Of a stretch of DNA of 64,000 nt, positions 1 to 10,920 are shown piece by piece. The translations under genes were made by a program, and so were the position numbers. This stretch comes from Squalus acanthias. Taxonomy: Eukaryota. Below the pieces are notes generated by a model, which saw only the letters and a program-made list of their open reading frames with translations, was not told the DNA's origin and searched no databases. The DNA lies in assembly GCA_030390025.1 (NCBI GenBank), contig CM059435.1, positions 85,126,001 to 85,190,000 on the forward strand. The letters are read 5' to 3'. Each line of letters begins with the position of its first letter. Position 1 is the stretch's first letter.

Positions 1-681
1 TCTGATGGGGGAACCGTAAGATATTTTCCCTCATCTGCATCTTGTTTTCTGGAGTGCGCTAAGGACTAGCAGATGGAAGTTAGAATAGACCATCATGATA
101 AGTTGCTACCAAAATCACCGATCCATTAGAAAGCAAACAGACCAGAGTTCAAACCTAATAAAGAATTTTTAAAAAGGTAAATAAACCAACAGACCACTTA
201 GAAATAGCTAAAATGCCAAGCCTTAATCACATAGGAGAACATCCATCCAAGATGGAATAGAAAATTCCATTACGTACAGGAAAATAGAAGAGTGCAACAT
301 TAACAGAATACTATCCACCATTGCATCATAATGCTGAATAGATTATAATCTGAATTGCTCTAATAAATTTAACTCTGCTCTGATTGTGACACTACCATTA
401 ACGTATTCATGTATACTGTTGCAATGTAACTTAACTCAATCTAAAAAAAATCTAGATTTTTAAGAGGATCACGACAGTAGGAATCTTTGAAAATCTTTCT
501 CCAAATCCATCTCGAGAAGTATAGGATTGCAGAGAACCAGAAAAGACCACTAGGGGGCCATCAGGTTACCACCAGAGTCTGGGAAATAAACACGGTTGTA
601 TTTTCCAAACCCCGAACTCACTTCACTCAGCAAATATCCATCTAGGAAGCTCCCTCTGATATTTGCAACATAATCTCAGAT

Positions 682-965
682 GTGGTAGTGTAGTGGTTCT
701 GGACTAGCCCCCCTCCCTCCCCCCCACTCCGCCAGAGCTCGGGAGCTCAATTCCCACCAAGACAAGTTGTGAAACTGAATTCAATAAATCTGGCTAATAT
801 AAGAAAAAAATGCGTATTTTCTTGTAAAAATTCAACCAGTTCACCATGGTCGTTCAGGGAAAGTAATCTGTCACCCCTACCCAGTCTGGCTTTCACGTGA
901 CTCCAATCCCACAACATGCGGTTGACTTTTAATGCCACTCTGAAGTGGTCCAGCAAAGGCTACAA
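682..965 (+). mobile_element. Degenerate tRNA-derived SINE-like head (possibly the 5' end of the adjacent old LINE)
   Basis: A-box-like TGGTAGTGTAGTGG at ~683 and a degenerate B-box-like GAGCTCAATTCCC at ~743, followed by a SINE-like body. Confidence 0.55.
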
Positions 966-974
966 AACAGAATA

Positions 975-3945
975 AAATAAATATTGGATGGATCTATTGG
1001 CAACAACCCAGGCATCATATCAAGAAAAAACTCGATTCCAGCCCAGTTGATCCTCCTCATGAACATCAGACTGTTGCTTGACTCGTCAAACAAGATCAAA
1101 GAAACCTCCTGAAGATCGCCACTAACCATTCCCCTCAACTGATGAAAGTATACTACTCCATGTTGAACATCACTTGCATCTGTCCATGACAGTATTGGTA
1201 GCAGTGACCACCGCACAGTCCTTGTGGAGACGCAGTCTTGTCTTCACACTGAGGACACCCTCCATCGTGTTGTGTGGCACTACCACCGTGCTAATTGGGA
1301 TAGATTCAGAACAGATCTAGTAGCTCAAAACTGGCATCCATGAGGCGCTGTGGGCCATCAGCAGCAGCAGAATTGTATTCCACCACAATCTGTAACCTCA
1401 TGGCCCGGCATATCCCTCACTCTACCATTACCATCAAGCCAGGGGACCAACCCTAGTTCAATAAGGAGTGTAGAAGAGCATGTTGGGAGCAGCACCAGGC
1501 ATACCTAAAAATTAGGTGCCAACCTGGGGAAGCTGCAACACAGGACTACATGCATGCTAAAAAGCGGAAGCAGCATGCTATAGACAGGGCTAAGTCATCC
1601 CACAATCAACGGATCAGATCAGAGCTCTGCAGTCCTGCCACATCCAGTCGTGAATGGAGGTGGACCATTAAACAACTAACGGGAGGAGGAGGCTCCATGA
1701 ATATCCCCATACTCAATGATGGTGGAGCCCAGCACATGAGTGCAAAAGACAAGGCTGAAGCGTTTGCAACCATCTTCAGCCAGAAGTGCCGAGTGGACGA
1801 TCCATATCGGCCGACTCCTGAGGTCCCCACCATCACAGAAGCCAGTCTTCAGCCAATTCGATTCACTCCACATGATATCAAGAAACGGCTGAGCACACTG
1901 GATACAGCAAAGGCTATGGGTCCTGACAACATCCCGGATATCGTGCTGAAGACTTGTGCTCCAGAACTAGCCGCTCCTCTAGCCAAGCTGTTCCAGTACA
2001 GCTACAACACTGGCTTCTATCCGACAATGTGGAAAACTGCCCAGGTATGTCCTGTCCACAAAAAGCAGGACAAATCCAACCCGGCAAATTACCGCCACAT
2101 CAGTCTACTCTCTATCATCAGCAAAGTGATCAAGCGGCACTTACTCACCAATAACCTGCTCACTGATGCCCATTTTGGGTTCCGCCAAGACCACTCGGCT
2201 CCAGACCTCATTGCAGCCTTGGTCCAAACATGGACAAAGGAGCTGAATTCCAGAGGTAAGGTGAGAGTGACTGCCCTTGACATCAAGGCAGCATTTGACC
2301 GAGTGTGGCATCAAGGAGCCCTAGTAAAACTGCAGTCAATGGGAATTAGCGGGAAAATGCTCCACTGGCTGGAGTCATACCTAGCACAAAGGAAGATGGT
2401 TGTGGTGGTTGAAGGTCAATCTTCACAGCCCCAGGACATCGCTGCAGGAGTTCCTCAGGGCAGTGTCCTAGGCCCAACCATCTTCAGCTGCTTCATCAAT
2501 GATCTTCCCTCCAACATAAGGTCAGAAATGGGGAAATTCGTTGATGACTGCACAGTGTTCAGCGCCATTCACAACTCCAGAGATAATGAAGCAGTCCGTG
2601 CCCGCATGCAACAAGACCTGGACGACGTTCAGGCTTGGGCTGATAAGTGGCAGGTAACATTCGCGCCACAGAAGTGCCAGGCAATGACTATCTCCAACAA
2701 GCAAGAGTCTAACCACCTCCCCTTGACATTCAATGGCATTACCATCGCCAAATCCCGCACCATCAACATCCTGGGGGGTCACCATTGACCAGAAACTTAA
2801 CTGGACCAGCCACATAAATACTGTGGCAACAAGAGCAGGTCAGAGGCTAGGTATTCTACGGCGAGTGTCTCACCTCCTGACTTCCCAAAGCCTTTTCACC
2901 ATCTACAAGGCACAAGTAAGGAGTGTGATGGAATACTCTCCACTTGTCTGGATGAGTGCAGCTGCAACAACACTCAAGAAGCTCGACACCATCCAGGACA
3001 AAGCAGCCCGCTTGATTGGCACCCCATCCACCACCTTAAACATTCACTCCCTCCACCACCGGCGTACCGTGGCTGCAGTGTGTACCATCTACAAGATGCA
3101 CTGCAGCAACTCGCCAAGGCTTCTTCGGCAGCACCTCCCAAACCCGCGGCCTCTTCCACGTAGAAGGACAAGGGCAGCAGGCGCATGGGAACACCACCAC
3201 CTCCAAGTTCCCCTCCAAGTCACACACCATCCTGACTTGGAAGTATATCGCCGATCCTTCATCGTTGCTGGGTCAAAATCCTGGAACTCCCTCCCTAACA
3301 GCACTGTGGAAGTACCATCACCACACGGACTGCAGCGGTTCAAGAAGGCGGCTCACCACCACCTTCTCAAGTGCAATTAGGGATGGGCAATAAATGCTGG
3401 CCTTGCCAGCGACGCCCACATCCCATGAACGAATAAAAAAAGAATCAGTTGGAGGAAGCATTGAAGAAAGCAAGGGCACAGAATGTAATCTGGAGTGGCT
3501 CGGTAGTACAACCACTGACTGAGCTGCAAGAATGGGCCTATACCAGTAGAGAAGGAACCAACATAGGCAGAAATCTACTTGATCTCATCTTTATCAACCT
3601 ATCAGTCACAGACACATCTGTCCATGATAGAGCTGGTAGTAATAACCACCTATTGTGTAGTGTGGTATTACTGCTGTTCTAAGTGTGATAGAAGGTTAGA
3701 TCTAGCAGTCCTAAACTGGGGATCCATGAGGCACTCTGAACCATCAGCATCAGAATTGCTTACAATCTATAACCTCATGGCCCAGCATATCTCTCACTCC
3801 TTCATCACTTTCAACTGTGGTTCAATGGTTGTGTAGAAGAATGTGCCAGAAGCAGCACCAGGCATACCTTAGAATGAGGTCTCAACCTAGTGAAGCTATA
3901 ACACAGGGCTAGCAGCATACAAAAAAACAACAGCAGCAGGCTTTT
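975..3945 (+). mobile_element. Old degenerate LINE copy (APE endonuclease region), split by a younger copy of the same family
   Basis: ...STDESILLHVEHHL (to 1176) joins in frame to LEEALKKARAQNVIW (from 3449); 3680-3940 is a diverged paralogue of 1290-1580. Confidence 0.6.
1177..3443 (+). mobile_element. 5'-truncated CR1/jockey-group non-LTR retrotransposon with frameshifted RT ORF
   Basis: ORFs 1550-2788 and 2733-3380 carry RT motifs (KAMGPDNIP, ALDIKAAFDRVWH, GVPQGSVLGP, FVDD); A-rich 3' end; near-TSD ATCACTTG (1169-1176) / ATCAGTTG (3444-3451). Confidence 0.9.
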
Positions 3946-3949
3946 CATA

Positions 3950-4610
3950 GGATGCCGAGGTTGCAGCTGGTCTGGTTCAGCCTGAGACAGTGTCCGAGAG
4001 GAGATTGGAATTGGTGGCAAGGGAATATGTTTGTGGGGAGGGCTGAAGACAATATCTTCAGTCTTCCCAATGTTTAACTGGAGGTTAATTTGGCTCACCA
4101 GGACTGAATGTTGGACAAGCCGGCTGACAACACAGAGGCAGTAGAGGTGTCGAGAGAGGTGGTGGTGAGGTAGAGCTGGATGTCATCAGTGTACATGTGG
4201 AACTTGATGTCATGTCGTCAGAAAATTTTGCTGAAAGCCAGCATGTAATTGAGGAATAGAAGGGGGCCAAGGATAGATCCTTGGGGACTCCAGTGCTAAC
4301 CGTGCGGAAGCGGTAAGAGAAGCCATTGCTGGAGATGCTCTGGCTATGATTGGATAGGTAAAAGTGGAACCATGTAAGGGCAGTTTCACTCGGCTGGACA
4401 ATGGAGGAGAGGAGTTGGTCAACCGTGTCCAAGGCTGCAGAGAAGTCTAGAAGGATGAGAAGGGATAGTGCACCATTGGTCACTGTCACAGAGGATTTCA
4501 TTTGTGACTTTGATTCGTGCCATTTCAGTGCTGTGGCGGGGCGGAAACCTGATTGGAGAGATTCCAACATGAAATTGTGGGAAAGATGGGCATGGATTTG
4601 GGAGGCAAAA
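3950..4610 (-). mobile_element. L2 LINE RT fragment
   Basis: [24 protein letters not shown] and GVP motifs, with frameshifts; homologous to the L2 at 46690-49710. Confidence 0.85.
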
Positions 4611-5126
4611 ACATGTCAAACTCCAATAAGAGCATGAAACCAAGACAAGAATGCTTTGGACGAAGTATTCATACATACTTATCCGAAAAAATTGTACTGA
4701 ACCTGACCTCCATGTGTGATTTAGTCCACGCCCTATGTCTCTTAGACCAACCAACAAATCTTGCCGGATTGGTAGTTTTGTAAGGACAGTTTTCCCAGCA
4801 GCAAAATTCATGCCCAATCCGTGACCAACCTCACCAGCCATTGTGGAGCGGATGACAATGTAAATTAAATGTTCTTGTTTTGAAATGCAGTCTGAAGCTG
4901 ATCCCTCCTCTGATTTTAAGAACGAGAGAGGCCAGACACCATGGCCGTGATTTTGCCAGCGCTCAGAGGGTGGGTTTGGAGGCGGGTCCAGAGTTATAAT
5001 CGAAATGATTGGCGGCGGGTTGCGACTGCCTGGGTAATCCTATTTTGCAGCATTTTCAGCGTGTTCCCCGTCGTGCGACAAACACGCCAGCTCATTGTGC
5101 CGGGTTCAGCAACTAGCTGAATACTT

Positions 5127-6094
5127 GAAACATAGAAACATAGAAGATAGGAGCAGGAGTAGGCCATTCGGCCTCTCGAGCCTGCTCCGCCATTTAACGA
5201 GATCATGGCTGATCATCCAAATTCAGTACCCTGTCCCTGCTTTCTCCCCATATCCCTTGATCCCTTTAGCCTTAAGAACTATATCTAACTCCTTCTTGAA
5301 TGTATTTAATGAATTGGCCTCAACTGCCTTCTGTGGTCGAGAATTCCACAGGTTCACCACTCTCTGGGTGAAGAAATTCCTCCTCATCTCAGTCCTCAAT
5401 GGCTTACCCCTTATCCTTAGACTGTGACCTCTGGTTCTGGACTCCCCCGCCATCGGGAACATCCTTCCTGCATCTAGTCTGTCTAGTCCTGTTAGAATTT
5501 TATAAGTTTCAATGAGATCCCCTCTCATTCTTCTAAACTCTAGCGAATATAAGCCTAATCGACCCAATCTCTCTTCATACGTCATTCCTACCATCCCAGG
5601 TATCAGTCTGGTGAATCTTTGCTGCACTCCCTCCATGGCAAGAACATCCTTCCTCAGATAAGGCGACCAAAACTGCACACAATACTCACGGTGTGGTCTC
5701 ACCAGGGCCCTGTACAACTGCAGCAAGACATCCTTGCTCCTGTACTCGAATCCTCTCGCTATGAAGGCCAACATACCATTTGCCTTCTTAACCGCCTGCT
5801 GCACCTGCATGCTTACCTTCAGCGACTGGTGCACAAGGACACCCAGGTCTCGTTGCACTTCCCCTTTTCCCAATCTATTGCCGTTCAGATAATAATCTGT
5901 CTTCCTGTTTTTGCCGCCAAAGTGGATAACCTCGCATTTATCCACATTATACTGCATCTGCCATGCATCTGCCCACTCACCCAACCTGTCCAAATCATAC
6001 TGGAGTTTCTCTGCATCCTCCTCACAGCACACACACCCACCCAGCTTTGTGTTGTCTGCAAACTTGGAGATATTACATCTAGTTCCCTCGTCTA
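5127..6094 (-). mobile_element. 5'-truncated CR1 LINE (HER1-like) inserted in the Harbinger element
   Basis: ORF 5223-6032 is the CR1 RT C-terminal region (YCVQFWSP, RRMRGDLIE, FFTQRVVNLWN); 3' hairpin and (TTTCTATG)n tail; same family as 51074-54320. Confidence 0.93.
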
Positions 6095-6099
6095 AAAGC

Positions 6100-7109
6100 T
6101 GGCCTGAGCTTCCTCAACATGAGTGAGCAGCAGTGCCAAAGGAGGCTGAGACTTTCGCTGACATTTGCACAATGCTGCACCAACACCTGCAGCCCAGAGG
6201 AGTGGGTGGACACTCCTTACCAGTGGCTGTCAAAGTCACCACCGCCCTCAACCTCTTTGCTTCAGGGTCCTTCCAGGGACCATCTGCAGGCATCAACGGC
6301 ATCTCCCAGTTGGCCGCACACACTTGTATCGCACAGGTTACCAATGCCCTCTTTACAAAGTCGCACAATTACATCCACTTCTCCACGGATGAAACAAGTG
6401 TGACTGCGCGTGCGGTTGGCTTTGTAAATATGGCAGGCTTCCCAAGGGTGCAGGGCATTGTAGACTGCACACATGTGGCCATTAGGGCACCCCATCACAA
6501 CCCAGCTGTATTTGTGAACCTCAAGGACTTCCACTCCCTTAACGTCCAGCTGGTGTGTAACCACAGGAAGAACATTATGCATGTTTGTGCCAAGTTCCCT
6601 GGCGGTTGCCATGACTCGATCATCCTGCGGCAGTCCACTGTGCCTCAGCTGTTCAATCCGTCAGCCCAACTTTCCGGAAGGCTCCTTGGAGACAAGGGCT
6701 ATTCCCTGAAGACGTGGCTAATGACACCGATGAGGAGGCCATCAAACGAAGCTGAGGAACGCTACAATGAAAGCCACATTTCCACCAGAAGCATCATAGA
6801 GCAAACCATCTACTTGCTCAAAATGCGATTCAGATGCCTCGACAGATCTGGTGGAGCCCTACAGTACGCACCAGCCAGGGTCTCCAGAATCATCGTGGTC
6901 TGCTGTGCACTGCACAACATCGCACAGCAGCATGGCTTACCGCTGCCTGAGGAACAAGTGGCTCAGCGCACAGCCTCCTCAGAAAAGGAGAGAGTAGGGC
7001 GGCAGATGAGGAAGACCTTGCGGAGGTGGATGTGCCAGTTCCACCAGCACGCGAGCACATTGCTGGCCGTAAGGCAAGGGATACACTAATCCATGCCAGA
7101 TTCGCGTAA
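6100..7109 (+). pseudogene. Harbinger DDE transposase (HARBI1-like, DDE_Tnp_4), N-terminally truncated and frameshifted
   Basis: [12 protein letters not shown] then a frameshift into ORF 6133-7089 containing [53 protein letters not shown]; shifted C-terminus ...DEEDLAE...[11 protein letters not shown] ends at 7109. Confidence 0.92.
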
Positions 7110-7387
7110 GTTTACACAGCAAACACATGTGGATGGCACATGGAAATAAGTGTCTGGCCAATCTTCTTAACACAGCATCTGTACAATAACTATGGTTTCC
7201 TATCACTCTCACCACCATCATTACAGATGAAAGGCGCCCTGACCCCTCACTGTGCAACTTCCATTTCGGAGCACACATAGGCCAACTCTTTGAATCTTTG
7301 ACATCGCATTTCTTTAATACAATTGAAAAAACGATGAGAAACGTAACTTTGTATTAGATCAAAACATCCAAGTGACTACCCTTGTGA

Positions 7388-9288
7388 CTATTCGTGTGTT
7401 AACTTTCTCTTACGTGTGCTTCTACGTGGTGCTTCCCCTGTGGTTTCAGCAGATGTAGAGGCAGCTTGCTCACTTATATGCTGCGCCTGCTTAGACGCCT
7501 TTGGCAGGCGTCCTCTGGGTTTGGGAGCCTGGGAGGGCTCCGCAACAGTCTGCTCCTCCTGCGGCTGTGCAGGGGCTGAGATGGCCATCTCAGTTGGGTG
7601 AGGAATCTGGGGCTCTGACCGAGGGCTCTACAGTGGCATGGGAGTATGAGTGCTTGGAGAGGAGCCCACACTTCCTTGTTGTCGACCACCAACATCCCTC
7701 TCATGAGTCACCCACACTTCGTTGCTAGCAAGTGGCTGGAGAGCACCTTGCTGCACATCAGTGGGGCCATGAGGACCCGTCTCTGTACTGACAGTCCTCA
7801 TAACGGGGACGTCCATGTGCCTCTGTTTCCTCTCCTTAATAGATTCCCATCTATCATCCATAGCAGACCATCTATTTAGAAGTGTTACCATGTTCTCCTG
7901 AGTCTGGCGATTTATGTCCTCCATGGAGGTTGCCATCCTTTCCATGGCGGCACCTACATTCGCCATTGCGTGCACCACGGCATTGCTCATGTTTGATATG
8001 GACTCCTCCATTCTCTGCACACTCGCAGTTACTAGGTTGCAAACCCTGTCAGAGACTCCTGCACTTGTTCCTGAAGTTCCAGCACCGTTCTCTTTCTAGA
8101 TGGCCCCAGAGGCACAGCGTCCACATGCAGCGGAGCACAGCTAGGGGCATCCAACGCCCTCCGACGAGGACTCTCCTGTGCTGTCCCTGTCTCCACCATC
8201 TGCTGATGCTCACTTGTGAGCTGTGATACACCAGGTGACAGCACTAATCTATCTCGCGAATGACCCACCGAGGTGTGTGTCTCTGCGCTGGTGCTGGGTG
8301 CGCTCATTTCTGCTGACACTGCACCCTCAGAGGCTGCAGCTTCCTCTGAGGAGTCTTCCGGCTCTTCCTCCTGGACAGTGGGGAGGGGGGCTCTCGATGG
8401 TCCTGTGGGGGAGTAAAAGCATGAGTTAGACATGTGATATTAACGTAACAGACACATCCCATTGCGCAGATGATCAGAACTCAATATGTATGAACATCAG
8501 ATGCCATATCAGTCACTCATGAAATCTAAATGAGAGGGTTGTAAATCTATTCTGTCACCAGCTTGCTCTACTGCGCCCGTCTCTCCGTCACCCACTTCCA
8601 GCTCCTCTGCACCTCCGACGATCTCGATAGCAGCCTCCTCAGCGGTGGTTAAGTGCACCATGGAAGGTGGGCCTCCTCCTGTCCTCCCCCTCTTATTGTG
8701 GGCTCTCTTTTCCTGCAATGAGGGAGACAAGTGGAGTTGGAGTGAGAATGTTGCAGTAAGTGTAGAGAATCCATAGCATAGATTCTTAGAGGGAGACAAA
8801 GATGGAGTGAGGTGCCAATACCAAGGGCCCTCCCTGTGCGTTGTTGCCACTGCATAACAGTGAGAGCGAGTGTGAGGGGTGCATAGTAGAATGGTGGAGT
8901 GAGTCTGTACATAGAGAGAGAGGGATGGTTAAGGGTGCAAGGGATGTAAGGGTAAGTTGGGATGTGCAGGAGTAGGTTGACAATGCAGAGTGCTGGTGAT
9001 GAGAGGAGATGGGGAGCAGATTGAAGGTTAGTGTGATGTTATACTCACTTTTGCTGAGCGTGGCAGATCATTGAACCTTTTGCGGCACTGAATCCAGGTG
9101 CGACCTCACAAAGACCTGGCGCTAACCTCCTCAGCAATTTGCAGCCAGGCTGCCTTGGTTTCCTGAGGAGGCTTCCTCCGTCCATTGGAGGGGAACAGAA
9201 CCTCCTTGAGCCCTCTCACTCCCTCCACAAGAGCATGGAGGGAGTCATCATCAAATCTGGGAGAAGCCTTTGCTCTTGAAGCAGTCAT
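7388..9288 (-). pseudogene. Harbinger ORF2, Myb/SANT-like DNA-binding protein; three exons (9288-9049, 8712-8559, 8402-7388), disabled
   Basis: Exon 1 MTASRAKASPRFDDDSLHALVEGV...AAWLQIAEEVSARSL*GRTWIQCRKRFNDL; donor AAA|GTGAGT, acceptor TTGCAG|GAA, donor G|GTGACA, acceptor CCACAG|GA; basic C-terminus RRSTRKRK; in-frame stops at 9106 and 8032. Confidence 0.85.
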
Positions 9289-10168
9289 CTCGCTATCAGT
9301 GACACTGAGAAGCAGCAGAATGTGAATGAAACACCACAAGGCTGCTCGGGCCCCTTAAATGCAGCTGAATCGAAGATGTTGGCAGAGGTGAGCAGCAGAC
9401 CCGAAACCACTGATTGGGCCAGGTAGCGCGCACGGCGGACTTAATAAGCCCAGTTAAGTCAAAATAGTTACTTCAGTGCGGCTGAAACCGGCAGCGGGAC
9501 CGGAGCCTGCCGACCAGCCAACCCGCCGCCTACGGCAAAATTGCGGCCCATGGTTCAATTGCCTGATAACGCTTGAAATCTGGGCTCACACATGAAGGCG
9601 AGTTACCAGGAGGCTGCCAGTGCTTGTGGAACTGGACTCAAACATCACTACACCAAGTGGGAGGAATGCTTTGGTAGTAAATTACTGGGGCTAGTATAAG
9701 ATAGCACTGGGGGTTAAACTGTAATGTGAAGAATTAATGCTGCCAATATCTTGGCTGAGAAAAAAAATCAAACATGTCATATTAAAAACCCAACAGGAGA
9801 ATCACTGATGACATTAATAAAGCTATGTCCAGCCCTGCTAAACATCCTCTTAATTTACCAAAATGTACAGTCCAAGAAAAGTAAATATATCATAGCATGT
9901 TATTAATACTTAATGAGAGTAAAAGATTGTAATTGAAGACAGCTCATAGATCAAAAGGTTTGGCCTGTGGACTCATCATTCAAACTGCCTATTCTGAATT
10001 ACCATGCACTATGTCCATTGTGTCCACTGATGCTTAATAACATAATTCATCAATAAAAAGAATGTCCTGTTGACTTAATGAAGATACATTTTCTCTTGTA
10101 ATTTTCTAAGGTGGCTGTGAATGATCTCTCTGTGCCTTTGTGTTTAAATAAAGTGTTTTCACACAAAG

Positions 10169-10920
10169 CGCTGGATTTTGCAGGGTCCCCCCGCACCAGG
10201 ACATGGCGGGAAACCCAGAAGTTCGGGTGTCCTGGCATGCTGTGGAGTTTTAATTCCACAGTGTGTGTGCGATGTCAGGGGCGGGTTTCCCGCCCAGAAG
10301 TCAGCCTGACTGACAGGCTGGCTTCCATTCGTGCGGGGGACTCGGAGAAGGAGGCCGCAACAACAGATAAGTGCTGGGCCCAGGATGGGGGGGGGGGTGT
10401 CCAAGCCCAGCAAGGGGGGGGGGGGGTCCTATTCCCGACCCTGGGGCTGAGTTGCAATCCGGGGGGGGTGGGGGGTGTCCCAGGCCCGGGGGGACGGGTC
10501 TGATTTCGGGGGTATTGGATCCCCCTACCCCGGGGAGGGCCAGGCTGATGGTGGGGGAGTTTGGGGGGCTGGGAGGAAGCACTCCTGCTCCTCCCGGCCC
10601 ACAAGGATTGCTCGCCGAGGCTGAGGCCGCCTCGTTGCAGCCACCAGGAATCCCGAGCCCCGGGATCCCCGGCCGCCTGCAGTAAAACCTGCAAAGCAGG
10701 TTAAAGTAGAGGCTTCAGGCCTCATTATCATATGTAAATTGCCAACCAGCCTCCTGGCAGTGGGTTGGCAGACCAAACCCCCCTCCACCCCATATCGCCT
10801 GAGTGAAAGGTGAAAGTGGGCGGGTTGGCGGCAGGTTGGGGTCGGAGTTCACATTTGCACAACTTTCACTTCCCTCCCATGCCTCCAACCCACCCACTCT
10901 TACCTCAGAAAATTCCGGCC
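10169..10920. mobile_element. Probable Harbinger-type MITE with G-tract-rich interior
   Basis: GC-rich block in AT-rich flanks; ends GCGCTGGATTTTGCAG and CAGAAAATTCCGGCC resemble the GGCC..ATTTT TIR type; no coding capacity. Confidence 0.5.

Larger units (their letters stand above)
4943..9548 (+). mobile_element. PIF/Harbinger DNA transposon, near full length and inactivated
   Basis: 15-bp TIRs GGCCGTGATTTTGCC / GGCAAAATTGCGGCC (13/15 match); 3-bp TSD CAT at 4940-4942 and 9549-9551; convergent transposase and Myb/SANT genes. Confidence 0.92.

Noticed and set aside
6133-7089. Domesticated host gene HARBI1
   Set aside because: It lies within TIRs and a TSD, is paired with a Myb gene, and is frameshifted at both ends, so it is a transposon copy
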